Part shown: positions 1 through 13,562 of the stretch, one piece after another
Numbering within the stretch: the stretch's first letter is position 1
Layout of the letters: every line of letters begins with the position of its first letter
Origin: Isurus oxyrinchus
Lineage: Eukaryota
NCBI GenBank assembly: GCA_026770705.1
Contig: JANJGN010000018.1
Span: 51,522,001-51,586,000 of the forward strand
Direction of reading: 5' to 3'
DNA length: 64,000 nt
Notes under the pieces: model-generated
What the model was told of the DNA's origin: nothing
Seen by the model: only the letters and a program-made list of their open reading frames with translations
Database searches by the model: none
Made by a program: the position numbers and the translations under genes

Positions 1-502
1 AAATTTCTAAGAGAATGTCTCACAATACAGGTCCAGAAACTCCAAAAGCTTTTCATGTCTTCCAACGTAAATTCTAGGTCCAATCAGCAATTCGTGCACC
101 CAAACACCTCTGTTCGAAAGTGGGGACAGGTAATGGGGTAGTTGACACTAAAATCAGTCCCAAAGAGTCTTTATACATAACTTGTAATTAGCTAGTCCAA
201 AGGCTATAGCTGTAATAATAGAGATTAATAGTTTTATGCTGCATCATACCTATCAAAGAGCAACAGTACTGTACTTCCTAATTTCTCAAGTGGGCAGGCC
301 CAGACCACAACATAATTTACAGTAACTGGAGTCACTTAGATATGTGAGTGAGTGTGTCAATATAGTAAGAATGTCAAATCTAACTGGAGAAGATTGTCAG
401 ACCAGCAACATATTGCTCTAGCAAAAGAAAGGAAGCGCTAGAACAGCCAATATGCTTGTGGGACTTCTTTTGGCTTTCAACAGTAAGCAATAAATCTTCT
501 AT

Positions 503-1106
503 GGGCAGAATTTTACATTTGGCATGTGGGGGCGGGCCTGACATGCCGGAATGTAAAATGACACGTGATATTTCATTCGGTGGGCGTGCGCCAGAATTGG
601 CTGCATGCCCGCCAATAATTGAAAGGCCTTAACTAGGTAATTAACCTTAACTTTATGCTGCCCATCCAACCTAATTGTTGGCAGCAGGCGAAAAGGCCAA
701 GCCGCCTTTACATTTTTCAGGAAACCTCATCCACGAATGGGATGAGGTTTCCTAAAGCTAATACAACTTAAATAAAAACCTTTTTTGAAAAATGGAAACA
801 TGTCTCATCTCATGTGATACAGTCAAATGAGGGGACATGTTTCATTAAATTTTTACTGCAGTTATTTATTTTTTAACAATCGCTTCAATCTCCCTGAGGC
901 AGCTCCGTCCTGGACCTGCCTCTCCCTCCTCCCTCTGCCCGTACAGGTAGCGCTCAGCGCTACCGCTCGCATTCCATACTGGGTGGGCCTTAATTGGCCC
1001 GTATGTAAGAAATCACGATGTGGAGCTGATCGCGGGCGGTGGTCGACTCCACAACTGCCCCCACCTGCTCCTGCCAAGCCCGCCCGACCAATGAAAATTC
1101 CTGGCC
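503..1106. mobile_element. Harbinger-type MITE
   Basis: TIR GGGCAGAATTTT...AAAATTCCTGGCC, 3-bp TSD TAT. Internal sequence shared with other copies. Confidence 0.8.
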
Positions 1107-1989
1107 TATGGGATTGGCTAGCTTTCAATAGCAATGGTTGAGTTTTTCTAAAGCCCTCACACCAGCTGACAGTGGACAAGAATTCTCCATAGATCTTGAA
1201 AAGTGGGGGTTAGATGGAATTCGCTTGGTAGCCTGGGTAACTCCCCAGACACCCTTTCTCTCCCACACCATTGATATATGACGGAAGATGCAACCATGTC
1301 TCCTAGGTGGAAGAAATAGGGCTGAACCTTGGTGGAATTGGTTTGAGCCTGAAAATCAAGCCACAGGCAGACAACCCACCTGCTCTCTGCCCAGAATCGG
1401 AGTTTTGGGGCTAAGAAAAAGAGGAGCTAATGCGAGCTGACCAATATTCTGTAAGTATAAGCATAAAATGCCTTTTTATATTGAGCGTGCAATGCTTCCC
1501 TAGTTAAAAACAGACCTGACCAGTGAGTTATTTCTTTCCTTTTGAATTTGTGGATTTAAGGTTCATTCTTCCTGTGTCCAACCATAAATAACAGGAAACT
1601 GACCAGCTTCCTCTTTGAGGTTTGATAAAGGTTAATGGGAATTCCAAAGAAAACCCAAGCTGAAAACATCAATATTAATTTGCACCACTTTCCTCACTTC
1701 TGAAAGGACCAAGACTGCAGCAATTTAACTCTTAGACTACACTGGTCTCCTTGGACTGGTCAAATTAGTACATTTTTAGTTCACATATGTAATGCTGACA
1801 AACACTGATTATGAAATTGTATAAGACTCAAAAACAGATTCAGGGATCGCAACGTGTGATTAACCCATGTCTGTTGCTTCTGCTGTGATAGTACGCAAAC
1901 TTGATGCTACCAGCTCATTTAAATGATTTGTGTGTGTAGCCAGTGGTGGGTGCACTGCTGAATGGCTGCATGCCTGAGAAGGGGACGCA

Positions 1990-4100
1990 AAATAGTAAGA
2001 GACTCGCACCACTTAAAGCAAGCCTGCACTTCTTAAACAGGAAGTGAATTGTGGCTGCAACAGGTGCTGGCACTGATTACTAAAGATAATCTAAGCAAGA
2101 AAAATAAGAAATGCTGGCACAACATGCAAAGTGCTGGCTTCAAGATTTTCCTATGCTGTACTGGAGGTCCTGGTCGAGAAGGAGTATAGGAGGAGAGATA
2201 TTGTCCATTGCATGGGGCAGAAGGCCCTGCGGACAACCGATCTGAAGGCAGTGGGAGCAGATAGCTGTGGTGGCTCCAAAGATCTGGGTGTAGTGGTGAA
2301 AGAAGTTCAATGGCCTCAGATGAGTGAGGTCAAATGTCATATCCCAACAACTACATCAGTAGCCTCAGTCACTGCTCAATTCACTTGCTACCCAATAACC
2401 TCTATCAATCAGAACTCATACCTAATATTTATAGCTTCACCTCACACGTAGCACTTCTGCAAGCCTTACATGCATATCTCAAAACTTGCACATACTGCCA
2501 GCTGTTCATGACAACTATATCAGCCAAACACATAGCACCACTGGAGGCAACAGGAGCTAACCTGAAAGGGGCAGGCGAGTCTGCATATCAATGGGAAAGA
2601 CAATGTTCACCATTATTGGAGCAGCCATAATTGAGGCCGTGGTCAGCAATGGGGCTGAAACCATTGAATGTGACAGTATCTTCATATCAACTTTTCCTTC
2701 TCGCATCCCACTTCCTCCTCATTCCACAAGCTCTTCATATTTACACAGTGCAGATGGTGTAACCATGCACCTATGTCAACCCACTCCATTCATCATAACC
2801 TTTGTGCTTTTTTCCATTCATATATCCAAGAGCTGCCATCTGGCCAGGCAGTGGTGAAAGAAAAGGAGAAGGAGAAAGAGAAAGCAGCGTAGGAAGAAAG
2901 TGAAGTAAGCAGGGAGTGATGAGGATGAAACAGTGTCACTCACCCCCACACTCATAGCTGCCAGCCCAGATACTGACACAACAAGTATTTTAGAGGATAG
3001 CATAGAAGTAGGATCTGTGTATGGTGAGACACTGGGTGCAAACAGTCTGCATGGGACAAACAACGTGCCAGCTCATTGGAGCGCAAGGCTGCACATGAAT
3101 TTTTCTGCAGAGTACTCAGCTGAGGACTTCAATGGGACTTCAATATGGATATACACGCAGAAAAGCTTGATGCACAGACCTGCCAGAAAACCTGTGGTCA
3201 TGTCAAGAATATGGAGGAATCCCACATCAACTTGTCACAGGGTTTTGCACAGAGCTTGTGCCGTCCTTTCCAGCATGCGAATGGTGGCCAATCCTGTGAA
3301 AACACTTGCAGACCGGACCATGATGCAGAGTCTGATGGCCGATGCCTCAGCTTCCATTGCAGCAGAAACAGAAGCCAGTCAACTTTGGAGTGCTGCAGTG
3401 GAAGGTTAGACTGAAATCATGCAAGTTCAGACTGCTCATTGAACCTCAGCCTGCTGCCATCACAGTTGTGGATGCTCATGTTCAAAAGGGTTTCACAGCA
3501 TTGCAGCAATCTGTCCTCTAAAACATTGAGAGGTGCTGCACCGTGGGAGTAGCAGTGGCTCCTAGAAGCATAAACCTGTTGCCCTCTCACAGGATTGCAA
3601 CATTCATCCTCCTCCTAGTACACCAGTGCCCTTGCTGCTGCCTGTCAGCCAGCCAGCCCAGGCTGCTGTCACCTATATTGAGGTGATATAGTCAGAAACT
3701 AGGACCAGACCTGGTTTGAGAAGAACCTTTGAAATCAGGACAAAGTCTTTCACCAAGTGCCATGATTATGATATTGAAATATAGTTTATGCTAAGTCCCT
3801 TTACCAATAGATTTTCTTTGCTGCAAACTGTAGCGTGCTGTAGCAAATGTAGCAAACTCAATCAGGGAACAGCAGGAGATGGGTGTTGGTCCATAGTTAG
3901 CAGGCAGATACCAGAGTTTCCAGGAGCATAGGCAGGGTCCTAAGGTGCATCATGGTGACAAAGGAGTTGCCATCACCATACAGAGCAGGTGCCTTCCTAC
4001 TAAGCACCATACCCTGGCACAATAACACTGATGGTAACCAGCATGAGAGATCCTATGGCCATGACCAGGACCATGCCACATACAATTCTAAATTATGATA
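1990..4100 (+). mobile_element. Decayed Harbinger remnant (Myb/SANT-like ORF fragments)
   Basis: SRFSYAVLEVLVEK...RRRDI trihelix-like motif at 2131 and downstream coiled-coil-like fragments resembling the Harbinger ORF at 31391-34285. Confidence 0.5.
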
Positions 4101-4489
4101 CTGTATATTAGTAACACCAGTCCAATGTCTACAGTACTTTTATACACTTGTAAGTTTAGGAGAAATAAACATTTTTTCCACCTAAGTAATGGTTAGGTTT
4201 TGGTGCCAATACAATCAACATTGTTGTACAAACAGGGCAGTAAACATAACAATAGAAATTAATTCCACTGGATTTTTACTAGTTTAAAGCCTCATCACAT
4301 TATACAGCTAGGAAGCGCCCATCGGAAGCGTGTAGGAGTGTCATTAGTCTATCCAACAGAAGGCAGGAAGGACACTCCCAGGGCCTAGGTATATGGGAAC
4401 CTAAAGACTCCAGTATGTCCAAGGAATCCTAGCATGGTGGAGGTCTCATGGCAAGTCTTTAAATGGAATATCCTTTAAATGGCTCACAA

Positions 4490-5657
4490 ATATCAATAGC
4501 AAGTGTTTATAGGCTTTTTGGTGGAAGGAGTGAATGTTTAAGGTGGTGGATGGGGTGTTAATCAAACGGGTTGCTTTGTCCTGGATTGTGTTGACCTTCT
4601 TGAGTGTTGTTGAAACAGCATTCATCCAGGCAAGTGGTGAGTATTCCATCATATTCCTGACTTGTGTCTTGTAGATGGTGGATAGGCTTTGGAGAGTCAG
4701 GAAGTCAGTTATTCACCACAGAATTCCCAGCCTCTGGCCTGCTGTTTATGTATTCATGTGGCTGGTCCAGTTGAGCTTCTGGTCAATGGTGACCTGCCCT
4801 CAAGGTGTTGATAGTGCGGGATTGAGCAATGATAATGCTGCTGAATGTCAAGAGGTGGTGGTCAGATTCTTTTTGTTTGGAGATATTCATTACCTGACAC
4901 TTGTGTGGCATGAATGATATTTTCCCCATATCAACCGAAGCCTGAATGTTGTCCATGTCTTGCTTCATGTGGGCACAGACTGCTTCAGTATCTGAGAAGT
5001 TACAAATGGTATTGAACACTATGCAATCATCAGCGAATAATCCCAATTCTGACCTTACAATGGAAGGCCATTGGTGAAATAGCGGAAGATGGTTGGGCCT
5101 CGGAAATTGCTTTGACAAATTCCTGCAGTGATCTAGGACTGAGATGATTGGTCTCCAACAACCACAACCGTCTTCTTTTGTGCTAGGTATGACTCCAGCC
5201 AGTGGAAAGTTTTCCACCTGATTCTCATTGACTTCAGTTTTACTAGGATTCCTTGATGTTACACTCGGTCAAAAGCTGCTTTGATGTCAAGGGCGGTCAC
5301 TCTCACCTCACCTCTGGGAATCAGCTTTTTTATTCATTTTTGAGCCAGGGCTGGAAAGCAGTCTGGAACTGAGTGGTCCTGCTTTGGCAAATGTTGTGCT
5401 GATGGAGGCTCTTGTTTTATTAAGAACGGTCTTGCAAGTAGAAAGACGTTTCCCACTACCTCTCAGCAGATTTATGGCTTTTTACAATACTAGTAAGCGT
5501 CTCCCTTCCTAACAGTACCATGGGTGTACCTACACCATATGGACTGCAGTGGCTCAAGGGGGTGGCTCACCACCACCTTCTCAAGGGCATTTTGGGATGG
5601 GCAATATATGCTGGCCTAGCCAGAGATGCCCACACCCAGTGAAAGAATAAAAGAAAA
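4490..5657 (-). mobile_element. CR1/L2-superfamily LINE RT fragment (minus) plus 3' tail fragment (plus, 5505-5657)
   Basis: LFADDC RT motif and MEYSPLAW motif. 3' end aagggca..gggatgggcaat..gctggcc. Confidence 0.75.
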
Positions 5658-6729
5658 TATATTAATTTACAATGGAGCTACCAAGGTAATCAGTTGACCA
5701 GTTTTACTGGACAGCAGAGTATTTAATTGGCCTTAGGGATTTACATACATATGTTATGAAGTCTCAAACTTACCTTCCAATTCATAGAATCATTGAAACA
5801 ACATAGCCATCAGCCAAATGGCCCAGTGTTTTTCTTCACTTGAACCACTTCTCATTTTCTATTCTCCTGGTGACACCCTATTGTAGTTAATATTTGTGTT
5901 TAAAGCAACTGTCTAATTTCCTTTCAAAATAATTAATATGAACTCTACATGAACATTGATACCATATTTTATTATTAATAGACAATCAATTAATCAATGC
6001 TGGGTGGAGGAGTGGAGCAGATCCAGTTGGGATGAAGCTAACTGTTAAACACACTAAGAAGTTTGCATTTAAAATTACTTACCAGAGAAATAAAAACACG
6101 TGCTAATCTTATAAGCATCAAACCATAACACTTCTTGTAAATCACTCAAGCATATTCTCAGTTACTCAAAGATACACTCAAATATATACCCCAAGTAAAA
6201 AAAAGGTTCTGCTTTCTGAAAATAATTTTGAATTTGCAATTAAGGCTTTAAGCTTGTTTACAGATTCAAATCTAAGACATGAAGCTACAAGGAGATTGCA
6301 GTAAGGGTGGGAGTGGGTTTAAAAAATGTGAAGCAAAAACACTAAATTGCAGAAGCAAATAATAGTTCCAGGAATATTAATCTTTCTCAAACAAATGCAT
6401 TACTGAAGTTCAGTACATACTGTTTTTATGTAGATATATACATGCTGTATACCCAATTAAAACGTATGTTGATGAGCATAATCTCACCCGTGGGCAGCCA
6501 GAAAAAGTGACATATACTCATTAACTGGCCACCAGGGCACTAGAGTCAACTCCACCCTTCACAAATCAATTATTTCCACCCTTTCCAGTGATAGAAATAG
6601 ACTCGACAGGAACCACAGTGGGGCTTTGTAGGTGCCAACTCAGTATCATATTTTGTTTTATAATGTTCCTGCGAAGCATCTTGGGATGTTTTATTAATAT
6701 GCTATATATAAATATAAGTTGTTGTTGTG

Positions 6730-6975
6730 TTCTGTTCAATATTTAGTCCTCAACCAAGATCATTAAAACAGATTATCTGATCATTATCTGATTAGTCATA
6801 TCACTATCCATAGGTCCTTCCTGACCTGTTGAGTATTTTCAGCATTTTCTATTTTTATTTTAAATTTCCAAATCTGCAGGATTTTGCATTTGATCATAAG
6901 CTCTGTTGTTTGTGGGAGCTTGCTATGTGCAAATTGAATGTTGTGTTTCCTACATTACAAGAGTGACTAAACTTC
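6730..6975 (+). mobile_element. SacSINE1/DeuSINE 3' fragment with an embedded Penelope-end piece
   Basis: aaaacagattatctg...tttgtgggagcttgctatgtgcaaattg matches the SINE at 20444. Confidence 0.6.
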
Positions 6976-7099
6976 ATGTGATGCTTCTAGTGTGTGAGTG
7001 AAGCGTGCTAGCATGTTATCCACTTTTGTGTCCTAGTTTGCTTCTCATTTTCAGCCTGCACCACTGCCAAAGTCTCTCCATCCGTACCCAGCCTCTTCA

Positions 7100-8040
7100 T
7101 TACCAATTCCTCAGCTGTGTTTCCTTAGGGCGACACACATAAACTGGGTCCCTCAGCCTCAGGCTAAAGCTTTAGAGGAACTTGGGGGAGGTGTGGGCCC
7201 CAGACATGCAGAGTGCAGGCTTACCGGCATGTAGACACCCCCTGGCATTCATGAACCAAACTCCTAGCAATGGAAGAATGGTTGTGGATATGCTGGGAGA
7301 GTTGAAGGCTAAAAGGGAATAAAATCCGACAAATATATTTGGTGTGGAGCCCAAAGATATGTCTAAACATGTTATCTTTCCAGTAACTCCTTCAACCAAG
7401 CTGGTGCCAGACATGGTCTTTTGCATTCCTTTAGAATTAACCAAGGGAGCTGAGAGGGGGGGCCCTGATGTTTGGGCAGCACAGGGTCTCCATATACCTT
7501 TTCCAGGCTTGTGCCCTGGAGAAGACACTCCAGTTTCAATGCAGAGCATTAATGCAACACGAGAGACAGCAATCACAGGTGATAAGCACAACTCATTTGG
7601 CGTAGAGAAAGGGCAATATGGGCTATCCCTGATGGTGGAAGGGACCATCGTATCCCAGTGGTCAGCCACCGCCCACCTCAAGTCAGGCAGCTTCCTGACT
7701 AGGAAGTTGCTGACCCACCACTGTCCATCTGCTTCAAATGGGTCTTGGAGCTTAGATACCCTGTTCAACAAACTGACAAAATCCATCACACCAGGCAAGT
7801 GACAAAAGGAAAGAAGATGCCAACTCTTTGATTGGTAAGCTGGAATATCAGGACCAAGTGCACAGGACTGACAGACAATTTGCCGCTGGTCAATAATGCG
7901 CACAAAACATGGAACTTGGGCTGTAAAGTGACATAGCTCCTCAGGCTAACTGAGAGATCATTGAAAGAAAAACACGACACATTCATCTGAAAGGGAAAGG
8001 GTTCTGAGGAATCACATGAGCAAGGTGTAGGCTTTGCTAT
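7100..8040 (+). mobile_element. RTE-clade LINE 5' region and start of the endonuclease
   Basis: TWN...EQGVGFAI AP-endonuclease N-terminal motifs at ~7900-8040; degenerate. Confidence 0.5.
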
Positions 8041-8668
8041 AACTTATAACATACAGCACATGTCAACACAATAGTTTATGTAAGAAAATTAACATGTAAG
8101 AAAGAAAAAGTAAAAACATTGGGAAAACAGAGAAGAGATCAGGCTTGATAATAATCAGTCTAATTTTTGAACATAAAACACAGCCTTGCAGCCTTGTGTC
8201 TCTCTCTCTCTATGAAGCTTCATTTCTACAAATTATAATAACAAAGAAGGCAAGGCAAAGGAAAAGATAAGTTCAGAATAGTCCAGACCCAGTGGAACAA
8301 CTGCCAAAATACCAACACATCGGGCAGATTTGCATGTTTGCAGCGAGCAGCCTGTAAAATTCACCAGGTGGCCATCTCGCCACTAACCCACCTGCCCTCG
8401 ACATGTAGTTCCACTAATCAAGCACACTGATCTCAGTGATCAATTTTTCCAATTTGTGCCCATGTTAAATGGGGGCTTTACCTAGAATGGGCCCTTGCAA
8501 AATTCACACGTAAGTGTAATCACACACCGTTATGCCTGCAACAACAATATTAGATGTCATTTTTGGTGCTCATGCATCCTCTAAAAGAAAAGAACTGAAT
8601 GAGAGTCATTCCAGTTTCTATTTCAAATAGTAAGATCTTCTGATAGAATATCAGAAAATTTACATCTT

Positions 8669-8674
8669 TTTATT
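8669..8674 (-). terminator. Polyadenylation signal AATAAA of the CD200-like gene
   Basis: tttatt on the + strand just past the predicted stop codon. Confidence 0.5.
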
Positions 8675-8696
8675 GATATGCTTCTCCACTACTTTT

Positions 8697-8769
8697 TCAT
8701 ATTACTTCAAAAGGGTTTTTTCTGATATACGGTTGTATAATTGGCTGATATTCTTTTTTACTTGACACC
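8697..8769 (-). CDS. Terminal coding exon (VSSKKEYQPIIQPYIRKNPFEVI*)
   Basis: gtgtttcagcag acceptor (NAGNAG), phase 2, TGA ending at 8697, AATAAA about 23 nt downstream. Confidence 0.62.
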
Positions 8770-9693
8770 CTGCTGAAACACATTCTGGGGAAACCAAGTG
8801 TACAGATAATCTCACTTTAACATGTTTTCAATATTACTAAATGGTGAGTCTACTAGTAAACTAAGCCTACAATAATAACCACTTTTTAAGATGTTTTACC
8901 CATCACAGCATAACAGTTAAAATCTAGTTAGAGTCCCTTTAACTTATGCTTTCAATCTCTTGAGACTCATTACTGAATTTTCCCAAATATATCCATCCAC
9001 CCAAACAAGTTTCCCCAGCTGAGTGAAAAACAATGGCTCATTCGACGTTGATGGGGTTTCTGTACAGGGGCTTTTGAGTCAGGAAACTCCAAACAAGATT
9101 AAAATTGAGCCGGCACAAAACCTGATTTTCACGCTCTGTATATTTTTCCTTTTCTTACTTTAAGAAGAAAAATAAAAAGTTAATTCATTTCTGCTGGATA
9201 TGTCTATCTATTCCCAATTTTCTTCTCTCATTTCTTGGATGCAGTGTACAAGTGGCCATGTTTCACGGACTAGATTTTCCACTCAAGTTGGGAGCACTGA
9301 TAAAACTCAAGTTAGAGTGAGAAATACAATGGAAGCTGATCCACTGGCTTCTGGTTTGTTTCTGCTGCTTCTAGGCCTTTTCTCCACATGTCAAAACTCT
9401 CTCCTGGGACCAATTATTTCCAACGCATGTATCTAAGGGGTTCTCCAGTCCCACTGGCAGGGGGTAATCATCGCAGGCGGGACGGAAAATTTGACAGACC
9501 AGCCAAAGGTCCGTCGATTTTGGATGGAAGTTTCCAGTCCCATCCAAAATCCCAGCCCTAGTGTTAGGTTGCATTTGCTTTAGTCGCTTAGTAATTCATG
9601 TTGAATTAATTCAGCAATGATTTAATTTTCACATTGTCTTCACTCTCCCATTTAAATCTTGTTAAAACACAAAGCGGAAGCATCAGAGCTAAT

Positions 9694-10483
9694 GGGGAGA
9701 ATTTTCTCCCCGTCGGACAGGTCGGTTGGGAGTGGGCTGTGCGCTGGCATTTTACGTGGGCGGGCCAATTAAGCCTGCCCAGCATGACATGCGCCCAGTA
9801 GCGCTATCTGTATGGGGGACGGAGGGAGAGTCGGGGCCTATGCTCTTTCATGCATGCATGCAAAAGAGTGCAAAAATCTCCCTGAGGCACAGAGCTGCCT
9901 CAGGGAGATTAAGTTCAGTTATAAAGATGAAAAAAAAATATTCAGGCATGTTCCCTCATATGACAGTGTCACATGAGCTGGGACATGTTTAAGAATTTTC
10001 ATAAAAAGTTTTATTGAACTGGTAAACCCTTCATGAAACCTCATCCTGCCTGTGGATGGGATTTCATGAAAAATGCGAAGGCCGCCTGAGCTCTTTGCCT
10101 GCCCGCCAACCTTAAGGTTGGACGGACAGCCCTGACAATTACTTTAATTAAAAGCAAAATACTGCAGATACTGGAAATCTGAAACAAAAACAAAAATTGC
10201 TGTAAAATCTCAGCAGGTCTGACAGCATCTGTGGAGAAGAAGACGGAATTAACATTTCAAGTCTGAATGACTCTTCATCAGAACACTTTAATTACTTTAA
10301 TTAGTTTACTAATGGCCTTAACAGGCCTTTGACAGTTCAGGGGGTGCGCAGCCGACTACAGTGCTCGCCCGCCGAAAGGAAGATACGTGGTGATGTCGGG
10401 ATGCACGCCTGATGTCACTGCTCGTCATTTTCCGTATCGGTGTGCGGGGCCTGCCCCCACATGCCAATCAGAAGATTCTGCCC
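9694..10483. mobile_element. Harbinger-type MITE with a nested Penelope-end insertion (10151-10284)
   Basis: TIRs GGGGAGAATTTT/AAGATTCTGCCC, TSD AAT. The nested piece is flanked by duplicated ACTTTAATTA. Confidence 0.8.
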
Positions 10484-10507
10484 AATGAGTGGTACAGCAA
10501 CTATTAC

Positions 10508-10568
10508 CTAAAGGCGATGAATTTTGGTGAATTCTGAATTACGGCTGCCCCATCATGCCATGCAATCT
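10508..10568 (-). CDS. Cytoplasmic exon B (61 nt, EIAWHDGAAVIQNSPKFIAFR)
   Basis: Long polypyrimidine tract ttttcttttattgtgttctacttgtcag, TTTAG|gtaata donor. Phase 1 in and phase 2 out, matching the terminal exon. Confidence 0.6.
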
Positions 10569-10664
10569 CTGACAAGTAGAACACAATAAAAGAAAATCAT
10601 AACATGGATGATTCAATATCATAAGAGGCAGATGGTCAGGGTTCCCTACTCTAAGGATATGGGC

Positions 10665-12440
10665 ATAGAATCATAGACTGCACCGGAGGAGGTCATTTGA
10701 CCCATTATGTCAATGTAGCCCTCTGCAAGAGCAATTCCACTAGTCCCACCCTCCTGCTCTTTCCTTATAACCCTGCAAATTTTTATCTTCAGGTGATTAT
10801 CCAATTCCCTTTTGAAAGCCATGTTTGAACTTGCCTCTGCAGCTCAGCTTCAAGCAGTGCATTCCAGATCCTGTCTACTCTTCGCATGAAAAAATATTTC
10901 CTCATGTCGCCATTGTTTCTTTTGCCATTCATCTTAAATTGGCGTCCTCTGGTTCTGGACTCCTCCCCCAACAGAAACTGATGCCTCCTACCTATTCTGT
11001 ATTGACCACTGATGGTTTTGAACATCTCTATAAAATCTCGTCTCAACCTATCCTTTTCTAAGGAGAACAGTCCCAACTTCTCCAACCTATCCATGTAACT
11101 AAAATCTCTCATCCCTGGAACCATACTTGTGAATCTTTTGTGCACCCTCTCTGAAGCCTTCACTTCTTCCTAAAGTCCCTGCCCAGAATTGGACACAAGA
11201 CTACAGTCTTTTACAAAGGTTCATAACTTGCTCCCTTGAGTTACAAAGCCGAGGATCCTGCATGCCTTTTGACCACTTTCTTAACCTGCCCTTCCACAAT
11301 CGACAGTTTGTGCACATGTACCCCCAAATCTCTCTGTTCTTGCACCCCTTTCAGAACTGTAACCTTTAATTTATATTTTCTCTCCCTGTTCTTCCTAGCA
11401 AAATGTGTCACTTCACATTTCTTTGCATTAAATCTCATCTGCTCAGTGTCTACCCATTCCACCAGCCTGGCTACGTCCTTTTGAAGTTTATCACTATCTT
11501 CCTCACAGTTCACAATGCTCCCAAGTCTTATGCCATCTTCAAATTCTGTATTGTGCCCTGTAACCCAAGTTGAAGTCACTAATATATATCAGAAACTGCT
11601 TGTACAGACTCTTGGGTAACCTCACTATATGACCCATGTACCTTCCTCCAGTCCAAAAAACTATAGAATGAGAGATAAGGCTAAAAACAGCTGAGTCTCA
11701 TGTTCTTATCTCCTTTTGCAGTAAGTACACAAACTGGGATACTGCACCTGCTGGTAGTCAAAAGACAGTCCAAAGCAGTGCACTTCTGCTTTAGAGAAAT
11801 GAGGCATTCAACTTTTTCCCAATCTCTCAAATTACCCCTCATCAGCATATATTTTTCAAGTCTCACTTTCCAATACAATGTGAATACTGCAGTTAAGCCT
11901 CATATCAAGATCTCAGTGACAAATTGTGTAAAAGTAAGTTTTGCCTCAACGGTGGTGTAACCTCAGATCAATACCACTTCCTCGGACTAGATCTGCAGCC
12001 AAGCAGCAATATCTGAAAGCCACTGTCAATGCAAGTGAAAACTGTACTCAACTTCCTTCACACTTGACTATTTCAGGAGCCAGCAGAAGATGACATTCAG
12101 ATCATGATAATGTTCAACACGACATTACTGCTGTAATTGATGCCATATGTTGGCATGAATCTAGAAAGACATAATTTTGCCAAACATGTTGCATCTGCTG
12201 AGTGCAAGATGCCACTGCTTGTATTCACGTGCCTCGTTGCTAATCCAGAACATTTATCTATGCACAGAGAAAAGGTCACAATGCAGCCCTTGAAAAACAT
12301 TACCAACTACATTCTTGCCATTTCAAGGAACAGATATTTACTTCTACTCACTGCTTTGCTTTATGCCCCCCCTATCCATGCCACCAATTTATCTTTAACA
12401 CCATGGGTCTTAATGTTTGCCATACTTCTCCAAAGTGGCC
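10665..12440 (-). mobile_element. CR1 LINE 3' fragments (two ages)
   Basis: ORF2 C-terminal motifs RLEKLGLFSLEK..LRRDFIE, QMRFNAKKCEVTHF, QRDLGVHVH, THGVKDKLVAW. Confidence 0.85.
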
Positions 12441-12525
12441 AGCTTTTTGCATAATGAAAGTGAAACTGATAGCCACAGTAAGCCCATCTGACTATCATTG
12501 GTGTAAACCAGGACCATTGTCATAC

Positions 12526-12600
12526 CCATAAAGTTGTGGTCCTTAGTGACACTTCTGAGGTGCTGTGAACCATGACTCTTTGTAAAGCTGGCCTGACTCC
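12526..12600 (-). CDS. Cytoplasmic exon A (75 nt)
   Basis: ctctgcaattttcag acceptor, TGG|gtatga donor. Open in phase 1 (SQASFTKSHGSQHLRSVTKDHNFM) and in phase 0 (GVRPALQRVMVHSTSEVSLRTTTLW). Confidence 0.55.
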
Positions 12601-13562
12601 CTGAAAATTGCAGAGGATTAGGACATGTCTATCCCTGCAATGGAGCTGGCCAGGGCATATGACGCGAACTGCATCCTTAAAAAACCCTGGTGAAAATTGG
12701 AAAGCCTGGGAATGGGGTCGGAAATCCAGGAATCAAGTCCTGACCACCCTTTTGAAAGGTCCACGGAGTCTCCATGACTAAAAATCCAGCCCCTAGGAAT
12801 TAAAATAGTCCAAGCCACATTTCTGTAATAGCGAGTTAGTTTTTAAATCACCTTGTTACTTGGGCGAAAATCAGGGACTGTGATTTTCCTTATTAATGTG
12901 TAAATAACCGAACAATTCATGGCAAGAAAGATTTGCATCAAATTGCGAATTGCCATGAATTGCAGGACAATTTGCACCATCTGCCATTAGCCTTGTGAAA
13001 AAGGGACAATCTCCTAGTGAGTTAAGAAATTGCTGTATTTGTGCTGTTCAAATGAATTAAACTTGCTGCAGATGCTTAGGCCTTATACATAATAACAACG
13101 TAAGATTCTTAATGATGAGATTTATGTTCCTGCAATGCCATTGAACCTCTCTCAGCCCAGAAAGGCAATAACTGAAACTGCAGTTTCATTCCTGTAGATT
13201 CCTTGAGATTTTTTAAAAAAACTAAATTTTGTATTTTCTCTTTTTCTGTCCCTTTTTTCTGACTCTTAATCTAATCTTTCTTTGCCTTTCTTTATCTAGT
13301 TTGACCTATTTTCTTCACTGTCAATTCTTTGTTTATTTCTCTATCATTACATCTCATGGGTTTAGGAGATACACTATTGATTCCATCATTCACCAAGGTT
13401 ACCAAATGCCCTATTACTAGTGACAGCTCACACTTTCACCAATTTTTGACCCAAACAACTTTCAAGCTGAAGGATGAGGGAAAAAATCTAACAGGAAAGC
13501 CACTAGATGCCCTATTGCAGAAAATTCTGTACCATTGTGTAAAGCAAATAAACTTTCCTTAC

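Noticed and set aside
7172-7903. 243-aa minus-strand ORF
   Set aside because: Antisense to an RTE-like LINE 5' region, with no domain motifs or splice context.
9200-9436. Short ORFs with hydrophobic stretches (also 13229, 15707, 54645)
   Set aside because: They come from T-rich intronic or repeat sequence and have no supporting splice sites.
12345-12465. Apparent minus-strand exon with a gtgagt donor
   Set aside because: Translates as a CR1 RT remnant (THGVKDKLVAW).
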